Of a stretch of 24,983 nucleotides of DNA, positions 16,962 to 24,646 are shown one piece after another (position 1 is the stretch's first letter; each line of letters begins with the position of its first letter). The stretch covers positions 1 through 24,983 of IMG/VR virus record IMGVR_UViG_3300049021_000016; one strand, 5' to 3'. The stretch is from a virus (taxonomy: Duplodnaviria; Caudoviricetes). Made by a program: the position numbers and the translations under genes. The notes under the pieces are model-generated. The model was given only the letters and a program-made list of their open reading frames with translations, was not told the DNA's origin and ran no database searches.

Positions 16962-19825
16962 GGCCTCATCGTGCCGATTAGATAGACCTTAAGTCCAGCC
17001 CCCGCTACCGTGCTGCCGACCTGATCGATGTCGATCGTGATTTCGGCGTCATCGGCCAGCGCGGTATCGGTGATACCGGCCGCGGTCGCTGCGGTGGTGC
17101 TGGTCTTCTCGGTCGCGTCGATCGACAACTTGTTAGTCGTCATGATCGTGGAGCCGCCCTCGTTGATGTCAACGATGATGGTCGCCCCCGTCGGCGCAGT
17201 CGTCACGCTGGCTCGCACCGCCGTCAGCGTCATGGCATACGGCATGCGGAAGGTGACCTTCGCCGTGCCGGTGGTAAGGGCCGTGGTCTCATCGCCTACA
17301 GCAACGGCCAGCACCGTCTTCTGAACCAGCGGCAGGCCACTAGCTCTGGAGTAGTTGGTGACGCGCCAATTGCCAGAGCCAGACGACGTTACCCAGAACG
17401 CATCATCGGCAGCCGCCGTGATGTCGGCGCCTCCCGGAAGGTTCATCGTCGTCGCGTTGTACGTCAGCGTAAAGGCACCGGTCGCAATTGCGTACTTGGT
17501 GATGCCAGCTGCGACGGTATCGAAGGCGGAGATTGCCGACGTGCCGCTAATCGAGATTTTCGAGCCGGCCAGCGCGCCAATGTTGGTCGTCGCAGACGAG
17601 GCAATCGAGCTCGTCGCGCCAAGGTCCAGCGGCAGCGCCCACGACGGGTTGGCGGCCGATCCACCACTTTGGAGGTAATACTTGCTGGACGCAGCAGCGG
17701 CAAGCCGCGTCCATGTAGTGGCGTTGCGATACAGAACATCGCCTTGTGCCGCGCCCGTGAACGCATCGACAGACCACACCGTGCCGGAGCTCGAAACGGT
17801 GATGTCGCCCTTGTCGCCATCGCTGATGCCGCCGCCAGCGCCGTCGTTCAGCAGATGCCACACCGCAGCGCCTGCGGCGTTGCTCTCGCAGATGTAGGCG
17901 GCGTTGCCGGTGGCGTTCAGCCAGATCGACCCGGGCCCATAGCCGTCGGCGATGTCATCGGTCACGGCCGGCGCTGCGGTGCCGTCGTACTTGTTCAAGT
18001 ACCCGCCATCGCCGTACATGTTGTACGCCGTGCCGTCGTGCCTGAACGTGAGGTGCAGCTTGCCGTTGGCCTGAATCACCAGCACATGCGCGGCGGTCGT
18101 CCCGGTCGCCATGTTGAAGCACGACGGCATCGTCAGCAGATGCGGAGCGGCGTCCGTGTTCGTGACGATGAGCTGGAACCACGTATTGGCTGTAGCCGGA
18201 GCGCCGCTGAACGTGAACGTCGAGTCAGCGGCGATGCTCTTGGTGTTGACGACCTTCGTCGTGTCGATCGCCAGCGCACCCATGGCGCTGGCAGTCAGAA
18301 TCTCGGCGCCGTCCTGAGTCGTGATGCCGGAGAAGGTGGGCGTCGTGACAGTCGGCGAGGTGGCGAAGACAGCCGCGCCAGTCCCCGTCTCATCGGTCAG
18401 CGCAGAACGCAGGTTCGCGCTTGAAGGCGTCGCAAGGAACGTCGCCACGCCAGCACCAAGCCCGGATACGCCGGTCGAAATCGGCAGGCCCGTCGCGTTC
18501 GTCAGGGTCGCAGCCGACGGTGTGCCGAGGTTCGGCGTCGTCAGGGTCGGCGAGGTCGCGAACACCGCCGCGCCGGAGCCGGTCTCATCCGTCAGGGCCG
18601 CAGCGAGGTTGGCGCTCGACGGGGTGGCGAGGAAGGCGGCAACGTTGGTGCCAAGGCCCGACACACCAGTCGAGACAGGCAAGCCGGTGCAGTTCGTCAG
18701 TGTGCCGCTGGTCGGCGTGCCAAGAACCGGTGTGACGAGCGTCGGTGACGTGGCGAAAACCGCAGCGCCCGTACCCGTCTCGTCGGTCAGTGCCGTGCGA
18801 AGGTTGGCACTTGATGGCGTCGCGAGGAACGCGGCCACACCAGTTCCGAGCCCACCAACCCCGGTGCTGATCGGCAGCCCCGTGCAGTTCGTGAGAGTGC
18901 CGGCCGCAGGGGTGCCGATGTCGGGAGCCACGAGCGCCGGGCCAGTCGCCCGGACAAGGCCACCGCTGCCGGTCGATGCAGCGCCACCCAGTGTGTCCAC
19001 CATCGCCGCGACCGTGGCGTCATCCAGCACCGTGGCCGCAGCAGCCGTGATACCGTGGGTGCCAGAGGTAACGCCAGCATGGGCCGCAACAGCGCCGGCC
19101 GCCTCGAAGTGCGTCGTGCCCAGCGCGTTGACGAACTGGGTGCCGTTGTGACGGATGACGTGGCCGGATGCCGGGGTCGTGATCGCCACATCCGCCAGGT
19201 CGTCGAGGCTGACGGAGCCGCCGCCAGTGGCGTCCGTGTCGTTCTGCCAGTTGGTGCCGTTGTACTTGAGCACCTGACCCAGCGTCGGCGAGGTGACGAC
19301 GACATCCGTTAGGCCGTCTAGGGTCGTCGAACCACCGCCACCGCCGGCTGCGTCGATCGTCGTGCCGGTGATGGTCAGGTTCGTTCCGAGCGTCAGATGC
19401 TCGTATCTGCCTGCCGAGTCGTCCCAGAACAGGAGCCGGTCCGCGTTCGGGTCGGTCAGGTCAGCGATCTGCTGCAGTTGCGGGTCAAACGCCTGAACGT
19501 CGGAGCCGACATCCAGCACCTCCGCTGCCAGCATCGTCACGAAAACCTGTTTCGTGCCGGCGCTGAAGTTGACCGCAGCATTGCTGTTGCTGCTGGCGAC
19601 CACCGTCGTCCGGGTCAGCGTGTTGGCTGACGAGTATGTGCCAGTGCCGACTTCCCACTCATCGGCGGTCGTGTGCTTGATCCGATAGGCGAAGGTGTCA
19701 CTGACCTGAACGCCAGCAGCCTGCGGCGTCCTGTGCCCTTCAAGGGCGGTCGTGCTGAGAGTGAAGGCGCCCGTGCCGGTGGACGTGGACGTGGTGCCGC
19801 ATGCATCGGCGCGGAATTGAGCCAT
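16958..19825 (-). CDS. Mosaic phage fibre protein, 955 aa
   Basis: N-terminal TTSTSTGTGAFTL...EWEVGTGTY...LTRTTVVASSNSNAAVNFSAGTKQVFVT domain, two LxxLxDVxxTxPxxGxVxxxNGTxxxN units, three 65-aa repeats, a GISDGDKGDITVS motif and a C-terminal DETTALTTGTAKVTFRMPY...IDQVGSTVAGAGLKVYLIG domain. All are recurrent phage fibre modules. Confidence 0.8.
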   Translation of the reverse strand: MAQFRADACGTTSTSTGTGAFTLSTTALEGHRTPQAAGVQVSDTFAYRIKHTTADEWEVGTGTYSSANTLTRTTVVASSNSNAAVNFSAGTKQVFVTMLAAEVLDVGSDVQAFDPQLQQIADLTDPNADRLLFWDDSAGRYEHLTLGTNLTITGTTIDAAGGGGGSTTLDGLTDVVVTSPTLGQVLKYNGTNWQNDTDATGGGSVSLDDLADVAITTPASGHVIRHNGTQFVNALGTTHFEAAGAVAAHAGVTSGTHGITAAAATVLDDATVAAMVDTLGGAASTGSGGLVRATGPALVAPDIGTPAAGTLTNCTGLPISTGVGGLGTGVAAFLATPSSANLRTALTDETGTGAAVFATSPTLVTPVLGTPTSGTLTNCTGLPVSTGVSGLGTNVAAFLATPSSANLAAALTDETGSGAAVFATSPTLTTPNLGTPSAATLTNATGLPISTGVSGLGAGVATFLATPSSANLRSALTDETGTGAAVFATSPTVTTPTFSGITTQDGAEILTASAMGALAIDTTKVVNTKSIAADSTFTFSGAPATANTWFQLIVTNTDAAPHLLTMPSCFNMATGTTAAHVLVIQANGKLHLTFRHDGTAYNMYGDGGYLNKYDGTAAPAVTDDIADGYGPGSIWLNATGNAAYICESNAAGAAVWHLLNDGAGGGISDGDKGDITVSSSGTVWSVDAFTGAAQGDVLYRNATTWTRLAAAASSKYYLQSGGSAANPSWALPLDLGATSSIASSATTNIGALAGSKISISGTSAISAFDTVAAGITKYAIATGAFTLTYNATTMNLPGGADITAAADDAFWVTSSGSGNWRVTNYSRASGLPLVQKTVLAVAVGDETTALTTGTAKVTFRMPYAMTLTAVRASVTTAPTGATIIVDINEGGSTIMTTNKLSIDATEKTSTTAATAAGITDTALADDAEITIDIDQVGSTVAGAGLKVYLIGTMRP
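18340..18960 (-). repeat. About three tandem 195-bp (65-aa) intragenic repeats
   Basis: The TDETG anchor recurs at 18387, 18582 and 18777 (period 195 nt). Unit: TGAAVFATSPTLVTPVLGTPTSGTLTNCTGLPVSTGVSGLGTNVAAFLATPSSANLAAALTDETG. Confidence 0.9.
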
Positions 19826-19889
19826 GGCTTCCCCTTTGGGGCGGGGCCATGGAACAGGTCACAGGTGCTTGCCCCACCATCCAGGGGCG

Positions 19890-19934
19890 ATGGTTCCGGG
19901 ATGGCGCTGACAAATTAAGGGTGGAACCTGTCAG
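19890..19934 (-). promoter_or_regulatory. Putative activator-dependent late promoter for the accessory cassette
   Basis: Minus strand TTAATT (19918-19913), 17-nt spacer, AACCAT (19895-19890), located 64 nt upstream of the fibre gene ATG. Confidence 0.6.
19904..19934. repeat. 31-bp exact direct repeat, copy 2
   Basis: Identical to 9752-9782. Its outer arm supplies the TGA stop of the 19931..20278 gene. Confidence 0.97.
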
Positions 19935-20278
19935 CCGGCCGGCTCGTCAATGTCTGCGGCCCATGATTCGATCACCTCAACCGCCTTACGGAAGATGTCG
20001 GGCGACTCCCATGTGTAGTAATTCACCTGACAGTCAACAGGTCCGCGATTGATGTAGTGCTGTCGGCTTGGGCCAAGGGCATACGAGTAGATCGTCAGCC
20101 CGCACGGTTCATCGAAGCCATCCTTGCCGTCCAGGTAGTCCCAAATGGCCGGGAACTGGAGTTCGCACCACCCTTCGGACGACTTGCCACTGATACCTTC
20201 CGGAGTGGCTGAAAGCTTCTTGTACGCAGCCAGGAGCGTCCGGCGCACGTCTGCCATGCTGAACTTGGATTGGATCAT
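19931..20278 (-). CDS. Hypothetical phage protein, 115 aa
   Basis: Start MIQSKFS by ATGA overlap at 20275-20278, with globular composition. Confidence 0.6.
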   Translation of the reverse strand: MIQSKFSMADVRRTLLAAYKKLSATPEGISGKSSEGWCELQFPAIWDYLDGKDGFDEPCGLTIYSYALGPSRQHYINRGPVDCQVNYYTWESPDIFRKAVEVIESWAADIDEPAG

Positions 20279-20484
20279 CGCCACAGACTCCAGATGACCA
20301 CGCCTGCGATCATCAAGGTCCCAGACAGGCTGGAGGCGATAGACACGATTCCGATGCATTGGGCGATCCTTTCCACCACGCCGCCACGGCTTGCCGGACC
20401 ATCGATAGAGACGGCTACGCACCACAGCGCCATGCCCACCACAAAAGCAGTCATCCCAATTTGCGCGATCAACCATGCGGTCAT
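20275..20484 (-). CDS. Small two-transmembrane-helix protein, 69 aa
   Basis: MTAWLIAQIGMTAFVVGMALWCVAVSI...IAQCIGIVSIASSLSGTLMIAGVVIWSLWR, with AGGAG RBS and ATGA overlap. Confidence 0.6.
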   Translation of the reverse strand: MTAWLIAQIGMTAFVVGMALWCVAVSIDGPASRGGVVERIAQCIGIVSIASSLSGTLMIAGVVIWSLWR

Positions 20485-20747
20485 GGCGTGCTCCTGAACT
20501 TGGATCGGATGTCGTAAGCGCACCCGCTCACAGCCTGATTCCAGTCCGACGTGTCCCAGTCTGTCTCGTGACACTCGCGCGCCTCGCACAACTTGGCACA
20601 CTCTTCAGCCACTAGGGAGGCGAATTTCTGCAACTCATCACTGATGTCGGCACCACCTTCAAGATCGGTGCGGGCAATGAGTTTGCCGTCGTACTCGTAT
20701 GCGAGACCAGCCTCCTTGGACAGCCGTTCGATCAGGCTCTTGTCCAT
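20481..20747 (-). CDS. Hypothetical phage protein, 88 aa
   Basis: MDKSLIERLSKEAG...LQKFASLVAEECAKLCE...CAYDIRSKF is a common small phage protein pattern. GGAGG RBS and TGATG overlap. Confidence 0.7.
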   Translation of the reverse strand: MDKSLIERLSKEAGLAYEYDGKLIARTDLEGGADISDELQKFASLVAEECAKLCEARECHETDWDTSDWNQAVSGCAYDIRSKFRSTP

Positions 20748-21031
20748 CACTGTCCTCCAGCCTCGTTGAGTACGGTCACGTCGCCACTGGCAATCCAACT
20801 TATCCCAGCCTCGCCCAAGGCGTCATGCCCACGCGCATCACCTAGTGCCCATTCGCCGGGATAACGCTCATCATCTTCGCATTGCCACAGCGGCGTAAGG
20901 TGGACCACCGCGCCACGTAGCGCCGCAACCTCCGTCTTCAGTGACATGCCGAGATAGGTCTCACGCAGCGTGAGACGGCACGCTACAGTCCTGTATTGCA
21001 GACTTGCCCAGTCGGTCTTCTCGTCCATCAT
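20747..21031 (-). CDS. Hypothetical phage protein, 94 aa
   Basis: Coupled at both ends to its neighbours, with a GGAGG RBS. Confidence 0.6.
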   Translation of the reverse strand: MMDEKTDWASLQYRTVACRLTLRETYLGMSLKTEVAALRGAVVHLTPLWQCEDDERYPGEWALGDARGHDALGEAGISWIASGDVTVLNEAGGQ

Positions 21032-21363
21032 TCAACCTCCACCGCAGCCACAAGCTGCGCCTTGATGCGGAAAACGTGCCGCGCGCTGACTCCTTCTCGC
21101 GCCGCGATGCTGGATGTTGCTTGCCCATCACGGAGCAGCGCTCGGATGCGCTCATCCCGTGCAGCCTTGTGCGCCTTGCCGATCTTAGGCTTGTAGATGC
21201 GCAGTTGCTCCCCTTGCGGGGCCATCTCCCACAGCAGTTCCTCGATCACCCCGGGCAGCACGCTTTGCACCGCAGCAATGACAGCCGTCTGTATACGGGG
21301 ATGTTTCGCGGAGCGCTCGGCCAAGGTGGTGACTAGGCCGGTGCGGGTGGTCTTCTCGATCAC
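21028..21363 (-). CDS. Mor/C-family transcription activator, 111 aa
   Basis: GEQLRIYKPK...AARDERIRALLRDGQATSSIAAREGVSARHVFRI matches the Mu Mor/C pattern (G..xYxPK, R...I, C-terminal helix-turn-helix). GTGA overlap. Confidence 0.75.
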   Translation of the reverse strand: MIEKTTRTGLVTTLAERSAKHPRIQTAVIAAVQSVLPGVIEELLWEMAPQGEQLRIYKPKIGKAHKAARDERIRALLRDGQATSSIAAREGVSARHVFRIKAQLVAAVEVE

Positions 21364-21710
21364 AGTTCCACCTCGTCGCCGAGTTTGCTTGCGACGTAGG
21401 CGCGCATGGCCGCGATGAGTGCGGTTGGCCCAGCCTGCGTATTGACGCAGGCGAGCACCGCGCCCGCAATGGTTGACTCATCTACGGGCCAAATTGCCAG
21501 CCACTCACCATCTTCCCAAGCGACGGTGATGTGCTCGCGCTCGATGATCGGGCCTCCCATGTCCCATGTCTTAGTCGGCGTGTAGACGCGCGTCGCAAAG
21601 ATCGGGCGGCCCCTGATGCATATGTGCCCGCCCTCAATCGTCCAGCCATTGGCAAGCGCCACCGCCGCGTCCAGCAGCGGACCATCCAACTCACTGACCT
21701 TGTGCTTCAT
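21360..21710 (-). CDS. NinX/DUF2591-family phage protein, 116 aa
   Basis: KVSELDGPLLDAAVA...YTPTKTWDMGGPIIERE...GPTALIAAMRAYVASKLGDEVE. Start by ATGA overlap at 21707-21710. Confidence 0.85.
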   Translation of the reverse strand: MKHKVSELDGPLLDAAVALANGWTIEGGHICIRGRPIFATRVYTPTKTWDMGGPIIEREHITVAWEDGEWLAIWPVDESTIAGAVLACVNTQAGPTALIAAMRAYVASKLGDEVEL

Positions 21711-21961
21711 GTCGAACTCCGCATCCCGGCCGCGATGGCGGCCTGCATCTGCTCGTGGGCGAGGAGTTCGGCGGCGACCTCGCGCCATTGCGCTTGCGTC
21801 CAGATGGCTGACGTTTTCGTGGCGACGCAATAGGTCCCGTTCACCCAGCACGCTGGTGTTTCAACAGGTCCGCTCTCGCGAGTCACCATCCGATCCGGGT
21901 CCACCCCACGCAGCCTGCACAACTCTCGCGCGGCTGCCTCGCGTTGTTGGTCGGTCATCAT
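21707..21961 (-). CDS. Hypothetical phage protein, 84 aa
   Basis: Coupled ORF with AAGGAG RBS. Contains EAAARELCRLRGVDPD. Confidence 0.65.
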   Translation of the reverse strand: MMTDQQREAAARELCRLRGVDPDRMVTRESGPVETPACWVNGTYCVATKTSAIWTQAQWREVAAELLAHEQMQAAIAAGMRSST

Positions 21962-22434
21962 GGCTTGTGGCTCCTTTGCAGCTCCTTCTCGGCACGTTCT
22001 AGGTACTGCAGGTTCCAGCCGTCGATGACCGCCGGGCTCCAGTACGCCGAGGGGTTGGCCTGCGCCTGCGCGCGCCTCTCGGCCTCATCCTCAACGGACG
22101 CTCGTGGGTAGTCGCGGCCATACCAGACGATCTCGTTGCTGGTTTGCGGAGGATCGCCATCGCGCAGCACCAGGGCATAGCGCTCGCGCTCCGTCTTCTG
22201 ACAGGTGCGTGTGAAGCCCTTGACCTTGCCGAGCTTCACCGCGCGTTCGACGCAGGCCTCGTACGCCACGATGTTGGCCTTTGCCTCCATCGCCTCTTGC
22301 ATGAGTTTCTCGGAGCGGGAGCGCTCCACTGACTCCGTCACTTCCTTGGAGATCAAGGTGCCAGATAGCACAAGGGCGAGTGTCGATGCCACGATGGCGT
22401 AATTGCTTGCGGTGGTGCGGCGCGAATCATTCAT
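21958..22434 (-). CDS. Hypothetical protein with N-terminal membrane anchor, 158 aa
   Basis: Start MNDSRR 1 nt after the terL stop, with GGAG RBS and hydrophobic YAIVASTLALVLSGTLIS. Confidence 0.55.
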   Translation of the reverse strand: MNDSRRTTASNYAIVASTLALVLSGTLISKEVTESVERSRSEKLMQEAMEAKANIVAYEACVERAVKLGKVKGFTRTCQKTERERYALVLRDGDPPQTSNEIVWYGRDYPRASVEDEAERRAQAQANPSAYWSPAVIDGWNLQYLERAEKELQRSHKP

Positions 22435-22435
22435 G

Positions 22436-24475
22436 TCATCTCCAAGAATTCCCAACGCCGAATCCACCACGGATGCGGCCTCTCTTCTTCACCGGACGCT
22501 CCGCCGGGGCTGGCGCTTCTGCCGGCGGTTGTGGTAACTTCGGTTCAGGCTCTGGCTGCGGAGCAGGCTCTGTCGCCGGCTGCTTTTGCGGAGCAGGTTC
22601 GGCGGCCACGGGAAGTGGCTGAACACGGCGCTCGTATTTTTTCCAGTCGCCCTCTTTCCAGCGGTCAACACCGGCCCAGTGCGCGGCAGCCAAGGCCAGA
22701 ACCGCGCAATCAAGAGCCTCGTTCCGCTTGCCGGCTGGCTTCACCCATTCGAGCTTTGCGTGACCCTTCACGTAGCGAGTCACCAGCCGCTCGGCTGTCA
22801 GTTGCTCGAACACCTCCGCTGGCAGTTCGCGCGTCAGGTGGATGTAGCCGGGGCCCGGCACACCCAGTCGCAGCCGACCGTAGATTTCCGCCTTTGCGGT
22901 ATCCGCTCCGATGGGCCAGAGCTTTACGCCACGCTTGGCCTTTTCGCCACGGAAGTTCACGTCCTGTGCGCTTGGCCGCCCAAGGATCGCCTTGCCGGCC
23001 TGGCTCTGGCCCTTCGTTGCGTGGACGCGCTCACCCTGGAACGCGCGGCAGTACGAGTACACCGCTTGCGTGTGGTGGCCGCCCGAGTCGATCATCGTCG
23101 CGAGCAGCGGAACCTCCCGCCCATGGACGTTGAGCACTGGAGTGCGCCTGTATTCGGTCAGCCTTTGCCACACCTCGGGCTGTGCTGGGTCACCATAGAT
23201 GACCTCGCGGTCCACAAGCTGCCGCTCCATGCCGCGACCCCAAGCCCAGCGGTACGCCTCCAGCCGGTCGCCCTGCACATCGGCGCCGATGGTCATGACG
23301 AACATGTCGCCGCGAACGGTTCTCAGCGGGAAGTCGGCCGCGCGCTTCCTGAGCTCGTGCTCATTGGCTCGGTCGCCCTGCTCCTCCCACGTCTCGGCCA
23401 GCGAGGTATTGACGAACCGCTTCAGCTTTGAGACATCGCCATTCTTCGCCGCGTCACGGGCGCTCACCCAGTCGCGGACAAGCATCTCCCACGACTTCCA
23501 GCCAACCGGGCTGTACAACTTGGACAGGTGGAACCCGGCCACGGTCCCGTTTTGCGCACCGGGCTGGTCCGCAATCCACCGTCCATCCGCCAACATGCCG
23601 GTCTTGTGGTGGTTCTCGATCGCCGCGCCGCAGTGCTCACAGACGTAGACGGCAGTCTCCGGGCGTGGCTCGCCGGACGCCGTCTTGAGGTACTTGATGC
23701 CGTACTCTTTGTCGGCTCCCCACGTCAGAACCTGGAGTGCAAGGCAGTGCGGGCACGGCACCCAGTACCGGCGCCGGTCGCTCGCGAGGTATTCGGCCTC
23801 GATGGTGGAGAAGTCCTTCGTCGTCGGCGTGGAGCACATCAGCAACTTGCGGTTGGGGAAGTTGCTCATTCGCTCCGTGACCAGACCGATAGGATCTCCC
23901 TCACCGTCAACATCAAGCGGGTATCCATCGACTTCATCGCACGCCGCAAAGCCCAAGGGCTTCGATGCGAGTGACCGTGCTGAATTCGCTCCGGAGAAGA
24001 ACAGTGTGGCCGAACCGTCGGCGATCTCCTTCGTGAACAGCGTATTCGTTTCATCGCGCGACCTCGTTTCAGCGATCCGTGAGATAACCTGCGGCATCAG
24101 CTTCGCCGTCTGCGTGAACCGCTGCGACGAGTGGTCCTTCGCATCCTGCAGCGTCGGCTGAACCATCATCATGTCCATCGGGGACAGGTGGATCCGCTTG
24201 AAGATGCTGTTGTAGATGACCTCTGACTTCCCTAGCTGGGTCGCGAACTGCATGACGACCTTCTGCACCGGGTTCTCCGGGTCCATGCAGTTCATCGGCT
24301 CGCGCAGGTACGGCGTGCGGTCAGTGCGCCATAGACCCTTCTCCGGCCCCTTCGCAATGCGGCGGAACCTGTCTGCCCAGTCCGAGCAGCGCATGACCGG
24401 AGGGACGGCAAGGTGCCGCCGCAGGATGTCCGCGACGAACTCGGCAGGATCGGCGAAGGTGTCGCGGGCGCCCAT
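22436..24475 (-). CDS. terL: Terminase large subunit, lambda gpA family, 679 aa
   Basis: WRTDRTPYLREPM, Walker A-like FATQLGKSE, Walker B ACDEVDGYP, STPT, YWVPCPHC, nuclease GADVQ, IDSGGHHT and RNEALDC. Confidence 0.97.
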   Translation of the reverse strand: MGARDTFADPAEFVADILRRHLAVPPVMRCSDWADRFRRIAKGPEKGLWRTDRTPYLREPMNCMDPENPVQKVVMQFATQLGKSEVIYNSIFKRIHLSPMDMMMVQPTLQDAKDHSSQRFTQTAKLMPQVISRIAETRSRDETNTLFTKEIADGSATLFFSGANSARSLASKPLGFAACDEVDGYPLDVDGEGDPIGLVTERMSNFPNRKLLMCSTPTTKDFSTIEAEYLASDRRRYWVPCPHCLALQVLTWGADKEYGIKYLKTASGEPRPETAVYVCEHCGAAIENHHKTGMLADGRWIADQPGAQNGTVAGFHLSKLYSPVGWKSWEMLVRDWVSARDAAKNGDVSKLKRFVNTSLAETWEEQGDRANEHELRKRAADFPLRTVRGDMFVMTIGADVQGDRLEAYRWAWGRGMERQLVDREVIYGDPAQPEVWQRLTEYRRTPVLNVHGREVPLLATMIDSGGHHTQAVYSYCRAFQGERVHATKGQSQAGKAILGRPSAQDVNFRGEKAKRGVKLWPIGADTAKAEIYGRLRLGVPGPGYIHLTRELPAEVFEQLTAERLVTRYVKGHAKLEWVKPAGKRNEALDCAVLALAAAHWAGVDRWKEGDWKKYERRVQPLPVAAEPAPQKQPATEPAPQPEPEPKLPQPPAEAPAPAERPVKKRGRIRGGFGVGNSWR

Positions 24476-24646
24476 CTACTCTTCGCGGTCCGATAGGAAG
24501 TCGGCGTAACTCATTCGGCAGGCCGCACACCCACACTCTCCCTTGCAGTTGTATTGGCACGTCGGCTTGCATGTGCATGGCACGCCCTCATAGCGGCCAT
24601 CTGGCGGATATCGCCTCAAACCCTCCTCTGTCGGATCTTCATTCAT
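24476..24646 (-). CDS. Cys-rich microprotein, 56 aa (not in ORF track)
   Basis: MNEDPTEEGLRRYPPDGRYEGVPCTCKPTCQYNCKGECGCAACRMSYADFLSDREE. Its ATG overlaps the terS stop (TGATG) and its TAG abuts the terL ATG. Confidence 0.7.
   Translation of the reverse strand: MNEDPTEEGLRRYPPDGRYEGVPCTCKPTCQYNCKGECGCAACRMSYADFLSDREE

Noticed and set aside
18340-18960. Repeats as a diversity-generating retroelement TR/VR pair
   Set aside because: The repeats are tandem, in-frame and mid-gene, with mostly synonymous differences not confined to adenines. No reverse transcriptase is present in the window.
9752-19934. 31-bp repeat as a CRISPR array or as prophage attL/attR
   Set aside because: There are only two copies, 10 kb apart, with no spacers or cas genes. 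Phage genes continue on both outer sides and there is no integrase or tRNA, so these are not the prophage ends.
20275-20484. Two-TM protein as a holin
   Set aside because: No endolysin or spanin lies nearby and it lacks a charged C-terminal tail, so it is kept as a hypothetical membrane protein.
22470-22625. Pro/Ala/Glu-rich C-terminal tail of terL as a separate domain or insertion
   Set aside because: Low-complexity tails ending in a basic stretch are common in gpA-type terminases.
24321-24578. 85-aa minus-strand ORF overlapping the terL start
   Set aside because: It overlaps terL out of frame. The 56-aa ORF at 24476..24646 fits the gap exactly.
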